Of a DNA stretch of 64,000 nucleotides, positions 1 to 12,073 are shown in pieces. The notes below the pieces were generated by a model, which saw only the letters and a program-made list of their open reading frames with translations, made no database searches and was not told where the DNA came from. A program made the position numbers and the translations under genes. Source of the stretch: Callorhinchus milii (Eukaryota); the NCBI RefSeq assembly GCF_018977255.1, contig NW_024704756.1, positions 17,298,001-17,362,000 on the forward strand. Reading direction: 5' to 3'. The stretch's first letter is position 1. Each line of letters begins with the position of its first letter.

Positions 1-1682
1 GTGGTGGCCTGCAACACCAAGTTCCTCAGCAACATTACTTTCGATACAATTGAGCAAGTTCCTCAAATGTAAAATTCAGACAATGATAAAAGCCAAAAGT
101 ATTGCCTGAGAGGTCTGCAAGCATGCATGGAAATTGGTCAATTCAATCTGAGTATTAAAATTATAACTGGTTAGAATACAATGAGTCATTCGAGTCCAAT
201 TAGTTATAAAACTTCACCCATGACTTTCTCAGACAAAATGAGTAAGTGAGCCTAGCAGTGGAGATTGGCCCAGTCTGGGTTGGACACAGAACAGTCCAGA
301 GAAGTCATGCTGATTAAGTCTGACACGTTGGAAATACTTGATAAAGAGTACATGGAAAGTAAACTCATGCTGAGCCATTTTATTGTTAACTGGTGACTAG
401 ATAACTGTATCTCTACACAGAGCAAGGTAGAAAAGAAGAAATTTGCCACCGCCCAGACTAGCAGCAAGTACCACCCCACCCAATGCTTATCAAAACCGGC
501 AAATCAGATGGGATACCCACAAATGAACTTTAGCGTGCCAATTCAGCATGTCTAGTTTACAGCAAAAGGTGGCAAGATCTTCATTGCTTTTCTTCTAAAC
601 AATCAGCTACACTATTTATTCTTGAAGACAAGACGGGTCCTTTAACAATGGATTAGTCTTTGCAAGCTTCCAAACAGTATCCAAGCTCCAATCTCTGGAA
701 TACTCTGAAATTAAACTTTATATTGAGCAGTACACTGGCTTTACTTATGATGCTGGAAACAAACTTAAATAGATTATAATAGCAGAGGACAGACAGGGAG
801 AGAAAAGCAGGCCTATACAGCCCAGCAAAGGCATTCACACAACAGTAGATTGCGAAACTGCATTCCACCTGGTCAGTTGGGTGAGCCAGCCCACATGGAA
901 AATGGCAGATGGAAGATGGCTATAAATGCAGCCGACATTAATAATTTGTAGATTCATTAATATACAAAATGTACCTCAATTAGAGGATAAGTGTATGTGT
1001 ATACTTTTACAGGGTTCATTGGAAAATGAATAAACCAGCAACAACTGTTCAAGCAACCTCAAAGGTGCCAAGATCAACTGACGTTGGTGTGGAACTTTTA
1101 TTGAGAAAGGAAGACATTTGCTTTTTAACTTGCTTCAGCAATAAACAAACTCCTAGAACAACGGCAAGTTTGCAATTTCCCACCTTCCTGTCTGTTGGTC
1201 TAGTTCAGGGAGGTGAAGGTCAGTAGACCTCTTGCACATTATTTGCTTGTGATAGATTTCAGTAAACTGTCCTCAGCAGCAGTCAATACTGCAATCGTAA
1301 TATCCCGGTGCTGTGAAGTAGTAATAATGTCAAAGTGGAAACCCTAGAAAAACAAGATTAACTTTTCCTTCTATTTGCAATTTGGTCTGTCACAGGTTTG
1401 TTGGGATGGCAGGTGATGGGGGCGGGGAGCAGGGGAGAAGAGAAATTAAATAAATGCGTACATTAATTTACAATTGATTGCAGTTTCTTGATGGACCTTT
1501 GCAAAGCTTGGTGCCACCTGTGGTTTCCTCCAAAGTGAAGGAAAGTGAAAGCATTCTCTCTTGTCCTGTAGATTATTTTCACAGCCAGCACCATGGTTAA
1601 AGCTTGGACAGAAAAACGTTCCTCCCAGACCTCCAGCATACGACATCCTCATAAACTAGAATTGAATTATTGATAGACTCAC

Positions 1683-1825
1683 CTCATTACCATACATCAT
1701 CAAGTGATGAGTTGTGATTAGAGCCTTGAACACCACAACCCAGCTGCTATTTGTTGCCCTCTCAAATAGAGTGTCGGCCATCTGTGGTATATTCACATTC
1801 ATCTCATTGGTACACTGGATTAAAT
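1683..1825 (-). CDS. PICALM: PICALM-like (ANTH clathrin assembly protein) coding exon 2; gene continues left of the window
   Basis: 143-nt exon, ttttacAG acceptor, GTGAGT donor; (Y)[47 protein letters not shown]; phase fits exon 1. Orthology versus SNAP91 or a third paralog is unresolved. Confidence 0.9.
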
Positions 1826-4800
1826 CTGTAAAACAGCAATAGTGACATCAGTAAGTCTCTTCACTTCCTATTCTTGATAATAATACTTGCATTTGATATA
1901 GTGCCTTAACCCGGATTTGAAACACCTCAAAGCACTTCAAAGGATTTACTGCAAAATATATGACTATTTGAAGGCGCTTGTTAAAGATCCCATGGCATTA
2001 CTCAAAAAGAATAGGGAGTTTGTCCCATCGTTCCCACCAACAATCCTCTGGATAAAATTGGTCATTCATTTAAGGCAGTTTGTGGTACATTGCTCACCTA
2101 CAAAATACAGTCACTACACTTTATAGTAAATCTTGTCAAATGCTTCAAGACACCTGAACATGAAAAATGCTACATTAAATGCAAGAATATAATTAATGGC
2201 AAAGGACAGAAATCCTGGTCAGATTTATAAGAAACTGGAACCCTTCACCCAGATGGATATACCCAAATAGTAAATTCTTAATCTGAAGTGGACTGTTAGA
2301 AAAGATTCAGGAGAAATATTCTCTCAGAGTCAAGATAATCATTTGTAATGTGTTCAATTAAGAAAGGTCATGGCACGGGTGGGAGGAGAAGGGGGTTAAA
2401 ATATTAAGGGTGAATGTATTTTACTGAATTCACAATCCTAAAAGTTTTTAAACAATTATTTGTATTGTTGTTGCTCTTGGACTTGAGTGACCAATAAGCA
2501 TACAGATGTTTTCCTAACATCTGGGAATTGGACATTGTAGCAGAATACAGCATAATCAAAATCCAGGAAGTAAGAGGTACAAAAAACTGTTCCTTTTGGA
2601 ACACTTAAGTGAAAATACAATGAAATATTGTTGGCCTCTCTTTTTTCCTTTCCTGTGTTATGGAGAAAACTCAGAAATGAACGGTCACATGAAAGTTTTG
2701 TTCAACAACAAATCAACTGGAATTTTCAGCCACCTCAAATTCAGGAACTCTGCCAATCAAAGTAGCAGCAATGTTTGGGCCCATTTTAGGAATGTTAAAG
2801 CAAGGGGAAATCCCAGGTTTTTAATACTTGTTCTCCTGGAATCAAAGTGCAAATCATACTTCTCCTTCCTCATGCACAACTCAGAAAGCTAACATTCTTT
2901 TTCTTAAAATCTGTAACTTAGTCTGCATGAGTAAAGACACATGTAGAAGTTTAACATAAAACTAACCCTTATTTCAATATCATTTAAACACCACAGCCAC
3001 TTGCTCTCGAGTCATTCAGGGACTGCTGTGGAGTGCAGCTAAGATCTCTTCACACTCCTGTGTTTATACTGCAACAGCGCAAATTGAAGAGCTGTTGAAA
3101 TAATCTCCCCATGACTTGGCAGCAGGGTTCCAAAGCAACCCGCTTCCAAATTACACGGCACTTTTTGTGGTGATTAAGTGCAGTATAAACACATCATAAC
3201 TAAGACTGCCAATGATTCATTAAATCTAGTTGGGTTCTCAGTTCTTCTGGTTACACACTTGCAGAGTTTAATTGTTTTTTGTTTAATGCACAAATGGCAG
3301 AACAATATTTGAGCAGCAGGAAAATAGAGGTGGTTAAGCAAGTCCTGGATCTACTTCAAATTCCACTATTATAAAATTAACACAAAATGAAATAGAAAAC
3401 ATGCTCATTCAAATTTACAAAGTGTTCGATGAGCACTTCAGTCCCAGATTTTGAATCCACACACAAGTGATTTTTTTGCCAGAGGCAGCTTTATTAGCTA
3501 TACTAGTTTATGAAGATGGCATACAGCAGAGATCGGTAGGTGGGATAGAGAGTTTATGGTTTCTAAAAATTCTGATAGGTGGCCACATTTGAGAGGCTTT
3601 TCTAGACTGGCTTTTACACCAGATCTCCAAGGTGAACAAGTGTTCTGTTTCACCACTGTGTTCAGTTCACATTTTAAAGAAACCCAATCCCAAAGTAATC
3701 TCAACATCAAGATTAGAGCTTAAAAAAAGTAGGCAAAACCCAGCAAGATCGTGACAGGAAAAGATAAATAAGCAAGGTTAAATAAGCAAGGTTAATCAAT
3801 TACAAACAAAAGCTACAGTTTGACCCTACATAGACATGCCTTCTCACTGAGCATTCTTTCTAACTTATGTGACAAGCTTGAGCAGGTTAAGTAAAAATCC
3901 CCCAGTACTGCGTAAAGTCAACCGTTACAAAATTTTCTTGTGTTTTAAAACATCCAACACCATACTGATTGGCACCAACATAAACCTAGCAAAAGCGTTC
4001 CCTGGACTTTGGCACTTTTTAAATCATTAGACTGCAATTGACACTGATGTCATGCTGAAATTTTCACTGAACAACAAAAATGCAGCCTAGCACAATTCAC
4101 CTGTTTCAAATAACAATCACATTTGGATTTGATATTTTACAATAGTGATGTTCACCACACTATATATTATAATGTAAATGCCACCCAAATTTCCAGCCAA
4201 GGAGGTAACCTTGGTTTGATTTATAACGTACACACAGTAAAAAGCCCATCAACTCTTGCAATAAAACTATAGTAATAAAAGACAGAAACATCCCCCAGCC
4301 CTATCTAATAGCAATCCTTGCATTTGACACTGCGACTTTCAAGTCAAGAGGACATCTCAAAGCACTTGGTTTCTAAAAGATCTAATGGAGCAACTACGTA
4401 TTTGTAGGCAAATGCAACAGCCCAACATCCCACTAACAGCAATGAAACAAATGACCAATTTTAATTGGTGTGGAAACTGGCAGAAACTCCCTTCTGAGTA
4501 ATGCCATGGGTGGTTAATATCCTCCTGTACATTGAGTGCCATCTTGATTATATGAGTACTAACAACTAAGCCAGGCTGCCACACCACCATGTATATAATT
4601 ACTGGTTATAGCTACATAATCCCAATTCAAAATTTTAACTGGGTTGTAATGACCTCCTCATAGTCAAAATATGAACAGTGTGCAAATAGACATTATACAC
4701 AGTATTCATACCAATATATTCATCATAAAAATTTTCTTGACAGGCATTAATTATACAATCAATGGAAAAAAGAAAGGTGTATATAGTAAGGACTGGTTTA

Positions 4801-6892
4801 TTCCTCCAGCCCACTTAGTTTTCTACCTTATGGCTGCATGTTGCAAGATATTTTATCAGGGCAGCAGCCCAACTTAACTAATAAATAGTTCCCCCACTGC
4901 ATTTTTGAAGTTCTTATATACACCACTTTGGGGATTATGTGCATGATTTTCAGATAAGGAACAAACTATACAGGCCTAGATTTGTTCACTGTCTCACACA
5001 GATTTTTAGTTATCCCCATGAATTTTACCAAGCCACAAAACTGGGTCATAACACAATTGCACAGATTGCATTTAAACTAACCAGAAAATGATGTATTTTT
5101 AGGTTTTGTACCTGTATCTATTCCAACCACTCTGCCACAATCTGATATAAAGACTGCAGCCAAGAAGATCCCTTTGGAATCAGATTGAATACATTGGTTG
5201 ATTTGGATCAGCACTAAGTCACCTCATTAGGTATTCAAACTGTAAAGTCTATACACCAGGTACAAGATTTATCAACCAACACCTCAGCATCCCAGTGAAT
5301 GACAATTTCAGATAACTGAATAAATATGACAGTAAAATCATATTTGTGGTGGTTTAACACAATTCTAGCTGGGTGACCTAAGTTTGTGTTTGGTTAGCCG
5401 GGTGTCTGACACATGCAGATACCATCGGCCTTGCTTAAGAGCAGGGATGGCCAAACAGAGTTCCATGAATCCCATCTACAAATGAAAATTCCATGGTCTG
5501 GAATGGAACGCACACTCTCTCCTACTTACCTAATTGCAAGTTAGCAAGAGCTTGGGGACTCCAAAGTGTGCAATGGGGGGCATTCCTGGAGCTTAACCAG
5601 TTAAACTGCTTATCTAAAACTGTTTAGCTTGTCATTAAGAGCACTGCCTAGCAAGCTTTCCCACTGCTCGTCCAGCTGGGACCACCCTACCTAGTAGGAG
5701 CCTTGACTTGCAGGACCAATAGAAGTTATAGGAAGAATCCCTGCTCCCCATAATTGATCTGTTCCTCAAAGTCCTGTGATAAACCAGGCTGGTTGATCTG
5801 TCCTCGGCAATGTTCTGGAGTACTCAAGACCTGCCTGATCAGGAACTGGAATCAACTCAATTCCAACATTCTGTTGTCAAGTTCATCACCTTAAGCCAAT
5901 TCTAGATGGCCTATATGTGAGACTCTGAACTTTATAGAACATGGCTCTTGTAGCTGACACAAACTAGCCAGCAACCATCATTCAGGAAAAAAATTACTTA
6001 ATTTGGTCAAAATGGACTTGAATATTAGCACTTGCATTCCTCACGAATGGAATTTCAGCCAAACAAAAATTCATAGGTTTTCAGTTAATGTGACGTTACT
6101 GTCAATAAAATTCAACACTAGGTTGCAGCTCAGGAGTATTAAACAGCCAAGCAAGCTATCCACAATTTCCAGAGTCAACCAAATATTGGTGCAATATCAA
6201 GCACCAAAATCCTTAGTTTGGGCCTGTATATAACAAATATAACAAGCTTCCTCAGGCCTCATAACACCTGGAAAACCACTGCAACTTGTGTATTTGGTAT
6301 TTTGTCCACCAAAATACACAGTCAATTCACTTGATAGTATATTCTGTGCAGAGCTACATCAAATGCAAGGATTATTATTATTATTATTATTATTAACCAG
6401 CAGCTAATGCAAAAACTGTCCACAACAGCAGTCATGAATGGAAACAACCTAGGGACATAGTTAATGTTTACAGAATACATGGGCACAAGTTCAATGGACT
6501 TCAGTTTCACCACCCCATTTAGTTTTCAAACTCTTGCTAAAAGTTCATTAACATACAAAATGCAGCACCTGCCAAAAACAATCCAGAAGTCCAAGTTTCC
6601 CCACAGGCTCGAATGATTGTTCAGCCTAAGCCTGTATCCTCACAACTTTATATAGATGTCAAACATACAAACAGCCATCCTTCCACACCCATGTGTTCTC
6701 TCACTCGGTTTTGCCACCTTATTGTTGAAGGCTGGAATCAGCTCATTAATACGTTTACAAGTGTTAAATTCATCTGCAAACAATAATACTACTGGTTCAC
6801 AAATCAAGTTAGTACTGCAGGGTCATTTTTGAGTTAGTAAATGAGAAGCAAAGGACTGACATTTATGTGAATCACCTAGTGTTTATACCAGG

Positions 6893-7250
6893 TAATAATA
6901 TTTTGACTTAGCACCTTATCACATCATTGATACGTCTCACAAAACACGGCATCCAGTTTAAGCGTAGCAATGTCCCTCAAACAGCCATGGAGTGAGTGAC
7001 CAATTTTATTTGGGGAATATGTTGGCCAGATAGCGAGAGAAACTCTCTTCTCTTTTCAAATAGTAACATGAGATCTTTAACAGCGACCTGAACAGGCAGG
7101 TGAGACCTTGGTCTAACGTCTCATCCGAACGACAGCGCTTCATACAATGCGGTGAGCCCTCCAGTGCTGCACTGGAGTTTCAGCATAGATTATGCAACTC
7201 CAATTCCCAATGTGAGGCTTAAACCCACAATCTTCTGATTCAGAGATAAG
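6893..7250 (-). mobile_element. Old Deu-domain SINE (SacSINE1-like), diverged
   Basis: Reverse strand carries ...CTCCAGTGCAGCAC...GGATGAGACGTTAGACCAAGGTCTCACCTGCCTGTTCAGGT...AAAGATCTCATG; related copies at about 19155-19520, 30690-31030, 33150-33430, 33820-34070, 42770-43070 and 58950-59290. Confidence 0.65.
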
Positions 7251-8099
7251 TTAAGCTTTTTTTTAAAAAAAAGGCACAGATCATGAACAATACAGATGGT
7301 CAGATAGGTTACATTAAAAAACATAACTCAAGCTGCGGAAGAGGTAAGGCTACCAGCAGCTTCTTGCACCATAAAATTGCACCATAAAGGAATCAACAAC
7401 GAGGTCTGCGATACCCATTTACTCCCATTTCTTTCACAATGACCTGGGTCACATAATAAGGTTTTTTAACTACTCTTTGGGAGCTCATCTGCTTACAACA
7501 TCTTAATTCCCCCATCTTAAGGTATACAGAGTTTATAAAGAACTTAGAAAAAACAACTTTCAATTTTATAGTGCCTTGTCACAATGCTAATATATATATA
7601 CACACACTTTATAGCATAACTTGTGAAGCTTTTCAATACATCCTCCTGACATGAAAGGTGATATATCAAATACAAAGATTATTAATTATAACGTCTCGAT
7701 GCTCTTTGGTTCAAGACACTCCTAAAACTGCCACCAACACACAAGGACAATAGTTTAAATAAAGGCTATGAATAAATTAATAAAATAGAAGATTCACAGG
7801 TTCTCACGAGATATTTATGCAAATTAATCACATACAAGCAAAGACCACAGTAACAGGAAATACAAAGGGAAATGTTGTTTTTCATGCAACAGTCACGTTT
7901 TTAAAAAACACTGTAATGTCCTTAACCTCAATTCAGCAATGATGGCTCCTCAAAACCTTCGCTTCTCAAGAGTATCCTGCCATCATACAATACGACAATA
8001 ACAGGGAGAAACTGTATGTTGAGGTCATGTGTCAAATAACACCACGCTTTACTCACATCTTTGAACAGCAAAAAACACAGAGAAAATCTATAAAACAGC

Positions 8100-8220
8100 C
8101 CCCTCCCTTCTTCCCCCCACCCCCGACTCAGGCTCAGGTCTGAAATGCTGTACACTGTTCAGCGCCTTGGGACGTCCTCCCGACGTGAAAGACGCTATAC
8201 AAATGTAATCTTGTTGTTGT
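8100..8220 (+). mobile_element. L2-clade LINE 3' end fragment
   Basis: GGTCTGAAATGCTGTACACTGTTCAGCGCCTTGGGACGTCCTCCCGACGTGAAAG...(TTG)n, matching the 3' end of the 35854-36500 element. Confidence 0.75.
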
Positions 8221-9034
8221 AGAGTAAAAGATCAGTGCTCATCTTATAGCAGTTTTGACCAATTAAGGCCTGTAGTGAATGGGTACGGATTGGATCAATA
8301 TTGCTGGGTCTGTCGCAGTGTCCCCTATTTATCAAATCTCCCCTCAAATTTCCTTCCACCAGATTTCCCAATTACCATGCTTCATTTGTGCTTTCAAAAT
8401 GTGATCTGGGATACAGACCTGCACAACTTGAACACAGAGGCATCTGCTCTCGTGCAATTGCCAAGCCATGACTAATGCAGGAAAAGAAGTAAATAATGTA
8501 GCACACCGATGCTGAAAAAAGGGTAGTATGTTTTATCGTGGCTTTATCTGCGCTTGATGGCTGGTCATATTAAATATCCGATTCCCCAACCAAAACAGTC
8601 ACATTCTCAAATTATAAAAACAATTTAAGTCTTTTTATCCATTGCTGATCCTTTATAAAATCTAAATATGAATTCTAAAGAATGACATTTAAATCACTTT
8701 CACTGTTCAGATTGAAAATTCTTGTATAGCACTCTTCATGTTAGAATGATGTCCTGTCAGCTCAACTGCTTACAACGTCTTAATGCCCCAGTTTAAGGTG
8801 CACCTAATTTATAAAGAACATACATTTGGGGAGGATTCATGCTTTCCTTCTGCATCCATCAACCAGCACATGGCATGTGAGCACCCAAACGTCACTCCTT
8901 TCACAGTGCAATGATTGAATCACTGAACCTCAATTCCAATGGAACTATGAGAATACAGTTTCTTTTGTAGACAGTCCTGAAAAGTATGCGAAAAATGATG
9001 TCATCTTTATCAGATCCAATTTTCACATCTCAGT

Positions 9035-9245
9035 AACAACAATATTACATTTGTATAGCACCTTTCATGTCGGGAGGACGTCCCAAGGCGCTGGACAATG
9101 TACAGCATTTCAGACCCGAGCTGGGGTCGGTGGTGGGGGCGGGGTGGAGAAGGGAGGGAGGGGAAGGGGGGTGGCCGATGGCATGGTCGAGGAGGAGGGT
9201 CTTGCGGCGAGATTTAAGGAGGCTAAAGACGAGGCGAGGCAGAGT
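9035..9245 (-). mobile_element. L2-clade LINE 3' end fragment
   Basis: Same 3' terminus as 35854-36500, 5'-truncated. Confidence 0.75.
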
Positions 9246-11742
9246 GACTGTAACTCCTCTGATCTGAACTAAATTCTCTTCCATTACTAAATTTGCCTTC
9301 AAGCCAAATCAGTCTCTTCTCCAACACCTCTTAACTCACTCTATAGCCAAAGTCGAAGACTTCAACACTGCTCCTAAATTTGGGGAGGACATTTTATACA
9401 CCAGTGATTGTACTGAACACGAAAAAAGCAAAGGCTTGTCTAGTAGCTGATCATCTTACCTGTAGTTTCACCCATTCTCTTAAGTTTCTTGCCCAACTAC
9501 AAACTTTTCTGGTCCAATACATTCAAACTACTATAGACCTTGCCCCTGAACTTTCCTTCAAAAATCCAAGCTTGGCATCACCTTTTGAATTAGCTCAGCT
9601 TCTTGGCTACTCTTTTCAATCTTCATTGATGATCGCGTATTTTACCGCACTAGGTTCTCAATAAAACTGCAGTTTAGAGCTACAAAAACCCACAAATTTT
9701 CAGAGTCATGAAAATTGAGTATTGTTTTAAAAATAATACTACTTGCATTTTATATAGCACCTTATCTTAAAGACCAAAAAAAATAAAGTTATATAAAATC
9801 ACCAAGGACAGAACTGTGCTAATGCATTAAACACCAGTGCGAAATAGAGGATATTTATTTCTACAAAAGCATAATCGGATGCTTCCTAAGATCAGAGTCA
9901 GAACATTGGGCCAATACTAGGCTTTTATCTGCACTCAGGATATATCATCCATTCTTCCAGATCAAAAGTTCTCTTCTCAAAATGCTCTTATCCAAATAAT
10001 GCACCACAGTAAAGTTAGGAAAGGTTGATACACAACTGACATTTCTTAAATTTCACTCAAATTAAAATAAAATTCAAAATGTTCCTGTAACTCACTTCAG
10101 CACTATTAAGAGAGAAATGTGTATTCAATTTGAATATTTTCAATGCAGTGTCTCACTCACAGCATCTGCACACTGAACGTGATACTGCGGATGGTGTAGG
10201 TCATTTCAGAAGCAGGAGAAATCTGCTCATATTCCTACACTTTTTGTACTAGTAGATCACAACAAAAACCACACACTAGAGCATTTAAATGTTTAACCAC
10301 AGGATTTGATACTGTGACTACAATGCCACTAGTATACAGGAACTGTGGTTCAACTCTTTGCAGCTCATCTGCAAGATGTTTTGTTGGTAATAAAGCAAAG
10401 GGCGGGGGATACGCGATAAGCATGATACCCAGCATTAACTGAGCAGGTTGCTCCAATTCAGTTTGAAATGTTTGTTTGTCTGATCATACTTGTACATTTT
10501 TCAATACTAGTAGATGGAAAAGAATTGGTCCAATGAACCTTAAATACATTCTTAGTACAGTATTTGCACTTGTAGTGTTCTTAAAGATAATGAGCTTCTC
10601 TGGTAGTTTTTTTTTAAATCACAAACCACTTCAAACACAAAACTACAGAGAGAAATGTTAGCATCCTGTCACAATCTTCATTCCAGCAATTCTGGAGCTT
10701 TCATTTCAAAGACCGGTAAAATAACCACAGCACATAATTTCCCACTGATACGAAAGTGTCACCAACTGGTGCTAGGTGCAAAAGTATTTAAAAAAAAGCA
10801 ATTGCAGTTAAGTAGATGAGAAAAATGAGGGAATCTAAAAGAAAAAGGATTTTTTTTTAGTAGAGCAGCTAGTAAATGGCAATAGTTTCAGGAAAACTGC
10901 TAGCAGCAGGTTGTACAGCACAGATTTTCCACATTCACATATTGGTCATCCTTCCTCCAACCCACACTTTCCCCAGGCTGATAGGACTCTACTCTGTACT
11001 CCTGAGAAGTGGGAAAATGGAATAATTCCAACTAGAATGAAGCTCAAATCACTGTCAAATGAAATAAGACAAAAACAGACTGCATTGTTGGGAACATCAT
11101 AAATAAAACGTTGCACTGATTTTACAATCCAACAAAAACACTTTTGCCAACTCAGATAGATTGGATAGCCCAGTCCAGATAAATTCTTAACAGGCCAAAT
11201 GTTCAATATTGGCTTGTGTGTAAAAAAAGAACAGCCTCTACAAAGGGGAGACTTAACAACAACTTTCATTTATCAGACCACTGCCCGACTGGAAAAGCTT
11301 CATTCAACGTTACGTACACAGGCGAAGCAGGTCATCACTTTTGATACCTTTACAGCTTGTTGTGTTAAACCAATTTGTAATACACACCTGAAGAACCTAC
11401 TTTACTACTTTGTTTTCTCACAAGCTGTACAATGGAGGTCACTATGAACATGAGCATCCTATGCTCATGAAATCAAGGAAAAATATATAAATTAAGAAGG
11501 CATCCAGCTACATTAATAATAATCCTTGCATTTGATACATCACCTTATCAAGTTGTTAAGACATCTCAAAGCGCTTCACAGGATATTCTGTAAAGTGTGC
11601 GATCATGCTCCATGGTGTGATGAAACCTTGTGTGTCGCATGAGAAACAACGGCTTATTTTTAAACTTGGACCAGATGTCCATCACCGATTATTAACAAAT
11701 TATTCTACCAAGCAGAATGTTATCAGAAGAACATAGTATTTT

Positions 11743-12073
11743 GTGGAGTCCTGTAGCTCAGTGCTTAGAGTACTCACTTTGCAAGCGAGAGACCCGAGTT
11801 CAATTCCAGGCAGAGGGCGAAACCTTGGGCAAGTTTCCTTACTCCACACAGAGCCTAATAATAGTCCCTCCAAAACCCAAAACAATAATAAATTGGTCAT
11901 TTCAATCCACGGCTGTTTGTGGGACAGACGTTGCTGTGCGCAATTGGTCGCCGCGTTCGCCCACAAATATACAGTCAATTCACTTTACAATATATTCTGT
12001 GAAGCGCTTTGGGACGTTTAGAAGACATAAAAAGCGCTATATCAAATGCAAGGATTATTATTATTTTATTATT
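11743..12073 (+). mobile_element. Young tRNA(Ala)-derived SINE, full length
   Basis: A box TAGCTCAGTG, anticodon loop TTTGCAA, B box GTTCAATTCC, Deu-like body GCTGTGCGCAATTGGTCGCCGCGTT, (ATT)n tail; near-identical copies elsewhere in the window. Confidence 0.9.
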
